Origin: an uncultured Phycisphaerales bacterium
Lineage (GTDB): Bacteria; Planctomycetota; Phycisphaerae; Tepidisphaerales; Tepidisphaeraceae
Reading direction: 5' to 3'
Assembly (NCBI GenBank): GCA_963844715.1
Contig: CAWJPJ010000003.1
Span: forward strand, 39,458-103,457
Length of the DNA stretch: 64,000 nucleotides
Part shown: piece by piece, positions 19,998 through 30,000 of the stretch
Position numbering within the stretch: the first letter of the stretch is position 1
How the letters are laid out: each line of letters starts with the position of its first letter
Position numbers and translations under genes: made by a program
The notes under the pieces: generated by a model
The model's database searches: none
What the model was told of the DNA's origin: nothing
Seen by the model: only the letters and a program-made list of their open reading frames with translations

Positions 19998-20506
19998 ATG
20001 CAGACATCCGATCTGTCCAAAGTCGTCAGTTCCGCGGTGGTTCCGGTTGTTATCATTTCATCCTGCGGGCTTTTGGCCCTGGCTTTTTACAATCGCATGG
20101 CCGCGATCGTGTCGCGGCTGCGCGCTTTTCAGCGCGAACGCCTGCTCGAACTGGAGCGCATCGCAAATTCCAAATCGCAGTATGGGCCTCGGCTGCTGGA
20201 ACATCTCGAACTGCAAACCGCCCACGTCAAACGCCGGGCTAAACTCATTCGGCTGACGCTGCTGTTTCTGCTGCTGACTATCGGGCTTCTCATCGGATGC
20301 TGCCTGATGCTCGGGCTGTCCGCTCTGGTGCCCCAGACGCTGTACCTGGCGGATCCTCTTTTTGTTCTCGGGCTGCTCTCGATGCTCTGCAGCACCATCG
20401 CGGCCGCGCTGGAGCTGCGCTTCGCTGGAGCCGGTCGAACTGGAAAGCCAGTTCGTCACCGATGTTCTCAATGAATCGGCCCATCGCGATGCTGACGCGG
20501 CGTAAG
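19998..20506 (+). CDS. DUF2721-like membrane protein (3' end frameshifted)
   Basis: SAVVPVVIISSCGLL..AFYNRMAAIVSRLR...RRAKLIR followed by two TM segments. Confidence 0.65.
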
Positions 20507-20509
20507 CGT

Positions 20510-21394
20510 TCATGACAGCTCCTGCGCCACGGCATGATTGGACGGTTCGGGCAAGCCGAGCATGTCCACAATTCTTGCGGCGGTTTCTTCGATCGCCTGA
20601 TCGGTCACGTCCAACACCGGACAATGCAATTTCGCAAAGACCTGGCGGCACCATTCGATTTCCCTGGCGACTTCGCGAGGTTCGTTGTAGCCGGTCTGAT
20701 TCATTCGCCAGGCCGTCTGCCGGCGCGTGCGGATCTCGGCAAGCTGGCCGGGATCGATCACCAATCCGACGATCTTTTTCGGATTCAACACCAGCAATTC
20801 CTTCGGCGGGGCGACCGCGATGGCCAGTGAGACATTGGCGACGCGAAATCCCTGCATCGCCAGGAAGATGCTCGTCGGGGTTTTTCCCGTCCGGGAAACT
20901 CCCGCCAGCACCACGTCGGCTTGGCCGAGACTGTCCAGCCCAAGCCCATCATCGTGTTCCAGCGTAAACGTCATCGCGTTGATGCGCCCGCAGTAGGCGT
21001 TGTCAACCCGGTGCAATCTCTGCGGGTCGGATTTTGAATCCAGGGCGGCCGCCTTGGCGAGAAATTCCACGGCCGATCCGGTCAAGTCCCAACAGGGAAT
21101 TCCCAGTGCAATGCATCGCTCGGCAATTTGTTTTTTGAGCGCGGGCGAGACAACCGCGTGAAACACAATTCCCGGTCGGGTGGATAACGCGTCCAGCGAC
21201 TCGTCGATGCGGGCTGGCTCGCTGATAAACGGGCGAGTCACGACCTCAAACGATCCGGCCGGGAATTGAGTGAGAAAGCTGGTCACCATGTGGCGAGCCA
21301 GATTTCCCGTCGAGTCGGAGAACACGTACAAAGGAGTTGCGCGTCGCGTCCGGATGGAACGCTTCGGCGCCGGGTTGTTTCGGACTTTCGTCAT
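20510..21394 (-). CDS. PEP synthase/PPDK regulatory kinase-pyrophosphorylase (DUF299)
   Basis: YVFSDSTG, RINAMTFTLEHDDG, ADVVLAGVSRTGKTPTS and DVTDQAIEETA. Confidence 0.92.
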   Translation of the reverse strand: MTKVRNNPAPKRSIRTRRATPLYVFSDSTGNLARHMVTSFLTQFPAGSFEVVTRPFISEPARIDESLDALSTRPGIVFHAVVSPALKKQIAERCIALGIPCWDLTGSAVEFLAKAAALDSKSDPQRLHRVDNAYCGRINAMTFTLEHDDGLGLDSLGQADVVLAGVSRTGKTPTSIFLAMQGFRVANVSLAIAVAPPKELLVLNPKKIVGLVIDPGQLAEIRTRRQTAWRMNQTGYNEPREVAREIEWCRQVFAKLHCPVLDVTDQAIEETAARIVDMLGLPEPSNHAVAQELS

Positions 21395-21458
21395 AAGCTA
21401 CTGACATCATCGAATCTTTGTTGCCGCGGGAAAATCGGTGCTTGCCCGCCTTCGGGCA

Positions 21459-21476
21459 TAGGGGAATTTGCTGATG
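21459..21476. promoter_or_regulatory. Putative operator TAGGGGAATTTGCTGATG
   Basis: 17/18 identical to 35782-35799. Both lie in divergent intergenic regions, 30 bp after a GGARAATCGGWG box. Confidence 0.6.
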
Positions 21477-21601
21477 GGAGATGCAAAGAATATCGGCCGC
21501 CGATGGGGCGGCGAAAATGCACTTATGCTTTCAAAATCGAAAGATGCTCTCGCGGTGCGAAGGGATTGGTCTATCTCCCGAATCGCGATTACAACTGCGG
21601 G

Positions 21602-23392
21602 ATGGGCCGCAAGCCAAAAGCCGCGACGATCCCTCCCGAGGTTGATTTTCTTTACGCGTTTCGCTTGTCCAAAAATGGCAAATCCGCCTGCGATTGGACT
21701 GCCGGGCCGTTCACGCAGATTACGGGGTATCCGGCAGATACGCTGAAAAAACGCGGTTGGGAAGACCTGATCTATCCCAAGGACAAACCGCTGCTCAAGG
21801 ACCGTCCGGCCGTGCTGCTTTCCGGCAATGGCGATGTGCGCGAGTATCGGCTGATCGCCGCCGATGGCCGGTTGAAATGGGTTCGCGATTTTGCCCAGCC
21901 GATCCGGACCGAATCGGACGGCAAGCTCTTTGTCATCGCCGCGGTTCAGGAAATCACCGCCGCCAGAAGATCGCGCGAGGAAATGAATCGCCTGGCCTCC
22001 ATCGTCGAATATTCCCAGGATGCGATCATGGACCTGACGCTGGACGGCGTGATCGTGAGTTGGAACCGCGCGGCCGAACGGATGTACGGATACTCCGTCG
22101 AGGAAGTGAAAGGCCGCACCGCCACGCTGCTGGTTCCGGCCGACCGAATGGACGAAACGACGCGCATCTTCTCGGCTGTTCGGCGGGACGGGGCGGTCAC
22201 CCGATTGGAAACGATCCGCATCCGCAAGGATAAAACCTTGATACCCGTGGCGCTCACCGCCGGGCCGGTGCATGATGCGGCCGGGCAACTGATCGGCATC
22301 TCCACCATCAGCCGGGATATTTCGCAACTGAAGAACGCTGAATCGGCGCTAGAGGAATCCGCCGGAAAAACCGCCGCGATTCTTACGACCATGGTGGATG
22401 GCGTGATGACCATCGATGAGCACGGCACGATCGACTCGATCAACCCAGCCGCCGAGCGATTGTTCGGATATTCCTCCTCCGAAGTCCTCGGCCGCAACGT
22501 TAAAATGCTCATGCCGGAGCCATATCACTCGGAGCATGATGAATACCTGGTCAACTATCTGCGCACGGGCATGGCGAAGATCATCGGCATCGGCCGCGAG
22601 GTCGTTGGAAAACGAAAGAACGGTTCCACATTTCCAATGGACCTGGCTGTCAGCGAAGTTCTCATCGGCCGGCGCCGCTTGTTCACCGGCATCGTGCGCG
22701 ATCTCACCGACCGCAAGCGCCTCGAACGGCAAATCCTGGAAATCAGCGACCGCGAACAGCGGCGGATCGGCCAGGATTTACATGATGGCCTCGGCCAGCA
22801 ACTGGCCGGGATCGGATTCCTCAGCAAATCGCTGGAGCAGCGCCTCGGCAAAAAAAAGATCAAGGAATCCACCGATGCCCGGCAGATTGCCGAGCTGGTC
22901 TCTTCGGCCATTGCCCAGGCGCGCGGCATGGCCCACGGACTTCATCCCGTCGACCTGGCCGCAACGGGATTGATGTCCGCCCTGAAAGAACTGGCCGCGA
23001 CGGTCGAAAATACATTCCGCATCCCCTGCACGTTCAAATGTGAAAAACCGGTCCTGTTGTCGGACAATTCCGTCGGCACGCATCTTTATCGCATCACCCA
23101 GGAAGCGGTGAACAACGCGATCAAACACGGAAAAGCCCGGCACGTCTGGATTGTCCTGATCCACACTCGCGATACAATCACCGTGTCGGTTCGGGACGAC
23201 GGCATCGGTTTTCCCGAGGTTCTGCCGGAGAAAAAGGGAATAGGATTGCAAACCATGCGATATCGCGCCACGCTGATCGGCGCGACGCTGTCGATCCTGC
23301 GGCTCCCGACCGGCGGGACGCGCGTTGATTGCGCTCTGCGCGATGTCGACACGATTCTTGAGGATGAGGCCCATGGCAAAAGCGGCGAGTAA
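21602..23392 (+). CDS. Multi-PAS sensor histidine kinase (FixL-like heme PAS + HisKA_3 + HATPase)
   Basis: Third PAS is LMPEPYHSEHDEYLVNYLRTGMAKIIGIGREVVGKRKNGSTFPM. H-box EQRRIGQDLHDGLGQQL, then QEAVNNAIKH, DDGIG and GIGLQTMRYR. Confidence 0.92.
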   Translation: MGRKPKAATIPPEVDFLYAFRLSKNGKSACDWTAGPFTQITGYPADTLKKRGWEDLIYPKDKPLLKDRPAVLLSGNGDVREYRLIAADGRLKWVRDFAQPIRTESDGKLFVIAAVQEITAARRSREEMNRLASIVEYSQDAIMDLTLDGVIVSWNRAAERMYGYSVEEVKGRTATLLVPADRMDETTRIFSAVRRDGAVTRLETIRIRKDKTLIPVALTAGPVHDAAGQLIGISTISRDISQLKNAESALEESAGKTAAILTTMVDGVMTIDEHGTIDSINPAAERLFGYSSSEVLGRNVKMLMPEPYHSEHDEYLVNYLRTGMAKIIGIGREVVGKRKNGSTFPMDLAVSEVLIGRRRLFTGIVRDLTDRKRLERQILEISDREQRRIGQDLHDGLGQQLAGIGFLSKSLEQRLGKKKIKESTDARQIAELVSSAIAQARGMAHGLHPVDLAATGLMSALKELAATVENTFRIPCTFKCEKPVLLSDNSVGTHLYRITQEAVNNAIKHGKARHVWIVLIHTRDTITVSVRDDGIGFPEVLPEKKGIGLQTMRYRATLIGATLSILRLPTGGTRVDCALRDVDTILEDEAHGKSGE

Positions 23393-24053
23393 ATCTGCCG
23401 GCAACAAACACCGGATTTTCCTGGTGGACGATCATCCCGTGCTGCGGCAGGGGATGGGCCGGTTGATCGACGATCAACCCGACATGATGGTCTGCGGCGA
23501 AGCCGAATCCCCGCCCGATGCCATTCGCCTGCTGGCCGCCGCCAAGGCGGATGCGGCCATCGTCGACCTGACCCTCAAAGGCGGCGACGGGCTGGAACTG
23601 TGCAAACAAATCCGCGACCGCTGGAAGGATCTGCCGATCCTGGTTGTTTCGATGCACGATGAATCGCTGTATGCCGAACGGGCGCTCAAAGCCGGCGCCC
23701 GCGGCTACATCATGAAACAGGAGCCGCAGGAAACGGTGATGAACGCCATCCGCACGGTGGTGAAAGGGCAGGTTTATCTCAGTGGGGCAATGTCCGCCAA
23801 ATTATTACAGAGTTTTTCGGGGCCGCGCTCCGCCGCCGACCTTCCGCCGCTGGCCCGGCTGACCGATCGCGAACTGGAAATTTTCCGCCTGATCGGCGCG
23901 GGGCAAAGCGTGCGGGCCATTGCGGAGAAACTTTTCCTGAGCACGAAAACCGTCGAGGCGCATAAAGAGCACATTAAGCAGAAGCTGAATTTGAAGAGCA
24001 GCAATGAACTGCTGCAATATGCAATCGAGGCGCGGGTGACGGATAGGGAATAG
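23373..24053 (+). CDS. NarL/LuxR-family response regulator
   Basis: IFLVDDHP, AIVDL, VVSMH, GYIMK and C-terminal LTDRELEIFRLIG...IAEKLFLSTKTVEAHKEHIKQKL. Confidence 0.95.
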   Translation: MAKAASKSAGNKHRIFLVDDHPVLRQGMGRLIDDQPDMMVCGEAESPPDAIRLLAAAKADAAIVDLTLKGGDGLELCKQIRDRWKDLPILVVSMHDESLYAERALKAGARGYIMKQEPQETVMNAIRTVVKGQVYLSGAMSAKLLQSFSGPRSAADLPPLARLTDRELEIFRLIGAGQSVRAIAEKLFLSTKTVEAHKEHIKQKLNLKSSNELLQYAIEARVTDRE

Positions 24054-24131
24054 ATCAGTTGCTCCCGGCAGGAACGAATCAAGAAAAAGGCTCATGCCGG
24101 TCTTGGGCAAGAAACCAAAGAGGAATTTGGA

Positions 24132-25223
24132 ATGAAATCATTAGCCCTTAAATCGCAGCGACAGAAGTCTACAGCAAAAATGTGGGGGAAAGGCATTTTT
24201 ACAATCGCTTCAGTCCTATATTTTTTAGCAATCTGCAGCTCATTACCCAGTTGTTTCGCGGGGGATCCGGTTCCCGCCGGCACGCAGCCCAGTATCGCGG
24301 CCGACGTGCCGTCGACTCCATCTCCGTCTGCGCTGCCCAAGACCTTCAAATGGACGTCGACGGGTCCGCTGGCGCAGCCAAAGTCCGGGTGGGTCTCGCT
24401 CAAGGACTTCAGCTGCGTGGTCTACAACAATCAGTACATTGTCTACATGTCCAGGGTCAACACCGCAGGCACCGCCTACAGCGGGGCCATGATGACCTTT
24501 TCCAATTGGTCTCAGATGGCCACAGCCACCCAAAACTCGATCCCTGTGGGGGGCGTTGCGCCGACCTTGATCTATTTCAGCCCGAAGAAGATCTGGGTTC
24601 TTATGTACGAGTGGGGACCTTGGCCTTTCACTTACCTGACCTCGACCGATCCCACCAATCCATCGGGCTGGTCGGAGCCGCACAAACTCTACGGGGGAAG
24701 CTCAATCGATGAAACGGTAATCTGCAACAATACGACCGCCTATCTCTTCTTCGCCAATGACAACGGAAACATTTACCGCGCCTCGATGCCGATCGGCGAC
24801 TTCCCCGGCGCATTCACCAACCCCAAGACCATCATGACCGACACCACGGCCAACCTGTTCGAGGCCGTGCAGGTCTACAAGGTGAAGGGGACGAATCAGT
24901 ACCTCATGCTCGTCGAGGCGATGGGCCGGGCGGGAAGGTATTTCCGATCCTTTACCGCGACCGATCTGGCGGGTTCGTGGACCCCGCTGGCGGCGAGCGA
25001 GAGCAATCCCTTCGCCGGCAAGGCCAACGTCACCTTCCCGGGCGGCAACGCCTGGACGAGCGACATCAGCAGCGGCGATCTGGTTCGCACCAATCCCGAC
25101 GAAACGCAGACCATCGACCCAACCAATTTGCAGTTCCTCTACCAGGGTCTCGGCCCCCATGCGGCAGGTCTCAACTACAACCAACTCCCCTGGCTACCGG
25201 GGGTGCTCACGCTGGTGCGATAG
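24132..25223 (+). CDS. GH62 alpha-L-arabinofuranosidase, secreted
   Basis: [65 protein letters not shown] and NLQFLYQG. N-terminal signal-like segment. Confidence 0.9.
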   Translation: MKSLALKSQRQKSTAKMWGKGIFTIASVLYFLAICSSLPSCFAGDPVPAGTQPSIAADVPSTPSPSALPKTFKWTSTGPLAQPKSGWVSLKDFSCVVYNNQYIVYMSRVNTAGTAYSGAMMTFSNWSQMATATQNSIPVGGVAPTLIYFSPKKIWVLMYEWGPWPFTYLTSTDPTNPSGWSEPHKLYGGSSIDETVICNNTTAYLFFANDNGNIYRASMPIGDFPGAFTNPKTIMTDTTANLFEAVQVYKVKGTNQYLMLVEAMGRAGRYFRSFTATDLAGSWTPLAASESNPFAGKANVTFPGGNAWTSDISSGDLVRTNPDETQTIDPTNLQFLYQGLGPHAAGLNYNQLPWLPGVLTLVR

Positions 25224-25361
25224 TCATCCGCGATGGCGCCCGAGCTAATGCCATATCAATGTACCGCGGCGGGCGGGCCGCTGGGTTGATTGCCCTTCGA
25301 CTGGGCTCAGGGCGGGCCGATTGGGGAGGATGTTACAGCTTGTTACTTTTTGTTACGGTTT

Positions 25362-26774
25362 TCACGATTGGATTAGTGTTCGCAAACTTTTCGTGTTGCG
25401 ATAAAGTCTGGATGGTTGTTGTGTTACGAGATTTGCAGGGCATGTTACAGTTTGCCGGCGACGAAATGTGTAACATGGCGGGCTCAACGGTGTTTTTCGG
25501 CGAATTCGCGAGGATGACAGGATGACAAGTTCTGCCGCATTGAGAGCGCAGTTTTGTGAAAGTTGCGATGCGGGATTCGCGAAATGCGATTTTTGCCACA
25601 GATTGAAATCAGATGCACGCGGATGGAAATTAAATCTTGTACTCTTTGATTTATCCCAAGTTGAGGGATGAGCGGTCAGTTTGGGAAGTGACCCCTTTTT
25701 GACCTCAGATGCATGCGGATGGAAATTGAATCTCGGATTCTGTGATTCATCCCAAGTTGAGGGATGAGCGGTCAATTTGGGAAGTGACCTGCTCTGTCTC
25801 GACCCTTTCGGCCTCAGGATCATGAGGTTGTGAGTGAGAGTTTTGAGAGCCATGTCTCGTTTGCGGCTCCAGGCGGTTTTGCCACGCAGGGATGAACCCA
25901 GATTCCGTTTCATCATCGAATTCACCGTTTCCACCTGCCAGCGCCGCGTGTAGCCGCATTTTCGACGCGATGTTTTTGTGTGCAGCAGCCGCATCATGTG
26001 CCGCCGCCACCGACCGCCCGGCGGCTGTTTCCGAGGTCGGGGCCGGCCGATCTTCGGCGGAATGATCGAACGCAGACCCATGTCCTGTCGAGCCAGTTCA
26101 TGGATTTCCTCCGAATCATAGCCCGCATCCGCGACCACCGTGAACCGCCGATAGGGCACGCGCCGCCACGCATCGAACACCAGCGGCTCAAAATGCGGAT
26201 GATCGGCACCGGCGCCCGTGCCGGTCCACAATGACAACGCCAGATGACAATGGCTCGCCACGCCCACCGCCAGCTTGGGCATCCGTCGGACCGTCTGGGC
26301 GCGCGTGCGGGAACGGCCTTTTTCCGCGTCTTTGGCGCGCATCCGCTGGCGGGTTTGATGGCATCGCCGTTCGTAGTGGCGGCTGACGTGGTGCGATTCG
26401 TAACAGGTGCTGTCCAACGCCAACGGCTTGGTCGACAGTTTCAAGATGCGCGCCAACGCCGCCCATCGCACCATCACGTCCAACATTCGGTCCACCCGGA
26501 ACTTTTGCAGCAGGACCTTGGCCGCCCGGCAGAGCGTGTTGTGATCCGGCGTGCGCGTCAGTCCGATATCGCGCCGCCAGGATTTGCAGTCTTCCAGCAA
26601 GGCCTCGACGCCGCGATAGCTTCGTTTCATCTGCTCCTTGAGAACGAGGCAACAGAACAACTGTGGGAGCGTGAAATCGTGACGCGAGAACTTGCAGGAA
26701 TAATCGGGAAAACACTGGCAGGCCAGATGATAGGCGGCCCGCATCACCTTCCGTGGCGATTTGCACGTGAGCAT
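25362..26774 (-). CDS. DDE transposase; ORF reads through the IS end into flanking DNA
   Basis: PDHNTLCR, LALDSTCY, VVADAGYDSE and YTRRWQVETVNSMMKR. No stop before the IR at 25789. Confidence 0.88.
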   Translation of the reverse strand: MLTCKSPRKVMRAAYHLACQCFPDYSCKFSRHDFTLPQLFCCLVLKEQMKRSYRGVEALLEDCKSWRRDIGLTRTPDHNTLCRAAKVLLQKFRVDRMLDVMVRWAALARILKLSTKPLALDSTCYESHHVSRHYERRCHQTRQRMRAKDAEKGRSRTRAQTVRRMPKLAVGVASHCHLALSLWTGTGAGADHPHFEPLVFDAWRRVPYRRFTVVADAGYDSEEIHELARQDMGLRSIIPPKIGRPRPRKQPPGGRWRRHMMRLLHTKTSRRKCGYTRRWQVETVNSMMKRNLGSSLRGKTAWSRKRDMALKTLTHNLMILRPKGSRQSRSLPKLTAHPSTWDESQNPRFNFHPHASEVKKGSLPKLTAHPSTWDKSKSTRFNFHPRASDFNLWQKSHFANPASQLSQNCALNAAELVILSSSRIRRKTPLSPPCYTFRRRQTVTCPANLVTQQPSRLYRNTKSLRTLIQS

Positions 26775-26870
26775 CCTGCATCTTCTACCAACACAATGCA
26801 GGCAGCGCTACCGAACATGCGCCTAACTTCTACGGGGTCGAGACAGAGCAGAAGTGACCCCTTTTTGACC
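25609..26870. repeat. 96-bp tandem repeat (2 copies); second copy interrupted by an IS
   Basis: Unit TCAGATGCA...ATCCCAAGTTGAGGGATGAGCGGTCA.TTTGGGAAGTGACCCCTTTTTGACC at 25609-25704, and at 25705-25789 continued at 26860-26870. Confidence 0.85.
25789..26851 (-). mobile_element. Insertion sequence with DDE transposase (IS4/IS5 superfamily)
   Basis: Perfect 17-bp IRs CTGCTCTGTCTCGACCC / GGGTCGAGACAGAGCAG. Target duplication AAGTGAC (7 bp), or GAAGTGACC (9 bp) if the IRs are 16 bp. Confidence 0.92.
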
Positions 26871-27001
26871 ATGCACTATTTGGACGGAAGTATGCGCGCC
26901 GGTATTCTTTCGCCAGCTTGATCGTGGATGGGCCGAAAGGGATTGGGTATGGCGAAGCGACAGCGGAACGCGGCCTGGATTCAGGGCCGAGAGTGCGCCT
27001 T

Positions 27002-30000
27002 ATGAGCTTAAGCAGCGCCGTCACGCTTGGGAAAATTCTCGAACAATTTCGCGACGACGCCCGCAACAATCGCGACCTCGGCGACCGTTTCGAGCGCCTG
27101 ATCCTTACCTACCTCCAGCTCGACCCGCTCTACCTCGACCGTTTTTCGGACATTTGGATGTGGAACGACTGGCCGGGCAAGGGCAAAGTCGGCGATGTCG
27201 GCATCGACCTTGTCGCGAAGGAACGCGCCACCGGCGAATACTGCGCCATCCAGTGCAAGTTCTATCTCCCCGAACACACGCTCAGCAAAGCCGACCTCGA
27301 TTCGTTCTTCACCGCCTTGGGCAAGCCCGCATTCAGCACTGGGTTGATCGTCAGCACCACAGACAAATGGGGAAAGAACGCTGAAGACGCGCTCGGGCAA
27401 ACCAAACCTGTCACCCGGCTAAGTGTTCACGACCTGGCCCAAAGCCCCATCGACTGGAGCACCTTCGACGCGCCAAGCCCGGCAAGCTCGCGCTCTCGCC
27501 GAAGAAAAAACTCCGCCTCCACCAAACGGCTGCCCTGAAGGACGTGATCGAAGGGTTCACGCAATCTGATCGCGGTAAGCTCATCATGGCCTGCGGCACG
27601 GGTAAGACGTTTACCGCGTTGCGCATCGCCGAGACCGTTGCGCCCACCGGCCATGTGCTGTTTCTGGTCCCGTCCTTGTCCCTGCTTTCTCAAACACTGC
27701 GCGAGTGGACCGCGGAATCGACGAAACCGTTTCACAGCCTCGCCGTCTGTTCGGACATCAACATCGGCAAACGGCGCAAAAAAACGAAGACGATGTCGGC
27801 GAGATCACCATGCACGATCTCGCCTTCCCCGCCACCACCAATGCCAAACAGTTGGTGGCACAGTATGAATCGCTGAAAGCCGCGGCGAAGAAGGATAAAG
27901 AAGGCCCGCGCCTCACCGTCGTCTTCTCGACCTATCAGTCCATCGAAGCCGTCAGCAAAGCTCAGAAAGCCGGGCTGCCCGCCTTCGATCTCATCATTTG
28001 CGATGAAGCCCACCGCACCACTGGCGTCACGCTTTCGGGCGAAGACGAATCCGGCTTCGTCAAGGTTCACGATGCCAACTTCCTCAAGGCCGGCAAGCGG
28101 CTCTACATGACCGCCACGCCCCGCATCTATGGCGATGAAGCCAAGACCAAGGCCAAGGAAGTCACCGCAGAACTGGCGTCGATGGACGATGAAACTCTGT
28201 TCGGCAAGGAACTCCACCGCCTCGGCTTCGGCGAAGCTGTCGGCAAGAGCCTGCTGGCCGATTACAAAGTGTTGGTGCTCGCCGTAGACGAAAAATACGT
28301 CTCCAAGGCATTCCAGAAGCAGATTGCCGACAAAAACACCGAATTGAATCTCGACGATGCCGTGAAAATCACCGGATGCTGGAACGGCCTGGCCAAGCAC
28401 TTCGAGAAATTCACGACCGCCACCGATGGCGAAGGCGACTCCACCGACTTGCAGGGCGACGCACAACCCATGCGCAGGGCTGTGGCTTTTTCGCGATCCA
28501 TCAAAGACAGCAAGGCCTTCGTCGAAAAGACGGCGCAGATCGTGGCCGCGTATAAAGAAAACCACCCGGACGACGCGACCATCCTTGAGATCCAAGCCGA
28601 CCACGTTGACGGCACGTTTGACGCCCTGCGGCGCGGCGCGTTGCTCGACTGGCTCAAGGCTGATTCTCCGCAGAATACCTGCCGCATCCTCTCCAACGCG
28701 CGGTGTCTCAGCGAAGGCGTTGACGTGCCCGCTCTGGACGCGGTGATCTTCCTAAACCCCCGCAATTCCGTCATCGATGTCGTGCAATCGGTCGGTCGAG
28801 TCATGCACGGGCCGAGGGCAAACGCTACGGCTACATCATTCTACCTGTCGGCATCCCCGCGGACATGAAGCCCGAAGACGCCTTGAAGAACAATGAGAAA
28901 TACAAAGTCGTCTGGCAGGTATTGCAAGCCCTCCGCGCCCACGACGACCGCTTTAACGCCACCATCAACCAACTGGAACTAAACAAAAACCGCCCGAATA
29001 ACATCCAGGTCATCGGCGTGGGCGGGAATGACCCGGAAACCGGCCAATCCAGCCCCGGCGACTCCAAGCCCAAGGTGCGCGAAGTGCAAGGCGCATTCGC
29101 TTTCCCCCAACTCGAAGAATGGAAAGACGCCATCTACGCCAAGATGGTCCTCAAGGTCGGCGACCGCGCCTATTGGGAAACCTGGGCCCGCGATATCGCC
29201 GCCATCGCGGAAAAGCATATCACCCGCATCAAGGCACTCTTGGATGATCCAAAATCCAAGCAGGTGAAAGCCTTCAACGAATTTCTGGCCGGTTTGCAGC
29301 AAAACCTCAACCCCGCCGTCACGCGCGAAGATGCCATCGAAATGCTGGCCCAGCATCTCATCACCAAGCCGGTGTTTGATGCCCTATTCGCCAACTACAC
29401 TTTCACCCAGCAAAACCCCGTCAGCGTATCAATGCAAAAGATGCTCGACATCTTGCACGAGCAGTCACTGGAAAAGGAAACCGCCACCCTCGAAAAGTTC
29501 TATGCCAGCGTCCGCGACCGCGCCAAAGGTTTGGACAATGTCGAAGCCCGCCAGAAAGTTGTTATCGAACTGTACGATGAATTCTTCCGCACCGCCTTCC
29601 CCCGCATGGCCGAGCGCCTTGGCATCGTCTACACGCCGGTGGAAGTGGTCGACTTCATCATCAAGAGCGTCCAGGACGTTCTGCGAGATGAGTTCAAAAG
29701 TGGGCTGGGCGAAAAGGACGTCCACATCATCGACCCCTTCACCGGCACCGGCACGTTTCTGGTTCGCCTGCTCCAATCCGGCCTCATCCCGCCGGGCAAC
29801 TTGCTTCACAAATACAAACACGAGCTGCACGCCAACGAAATCGTTCTGCTCGCCTATTACATCGCCGCGATCAACATCGAAGAAACCTTCCACGGCCTTA
29901 TTTCTCCCTCGCCCGGTACTCCGGGAGAGGGCAGGGGTGAGGGCGACTCTGGCAAATACATTCCCTTCGACGGCATCTGCCTGACCGACACCTTCCAGCT

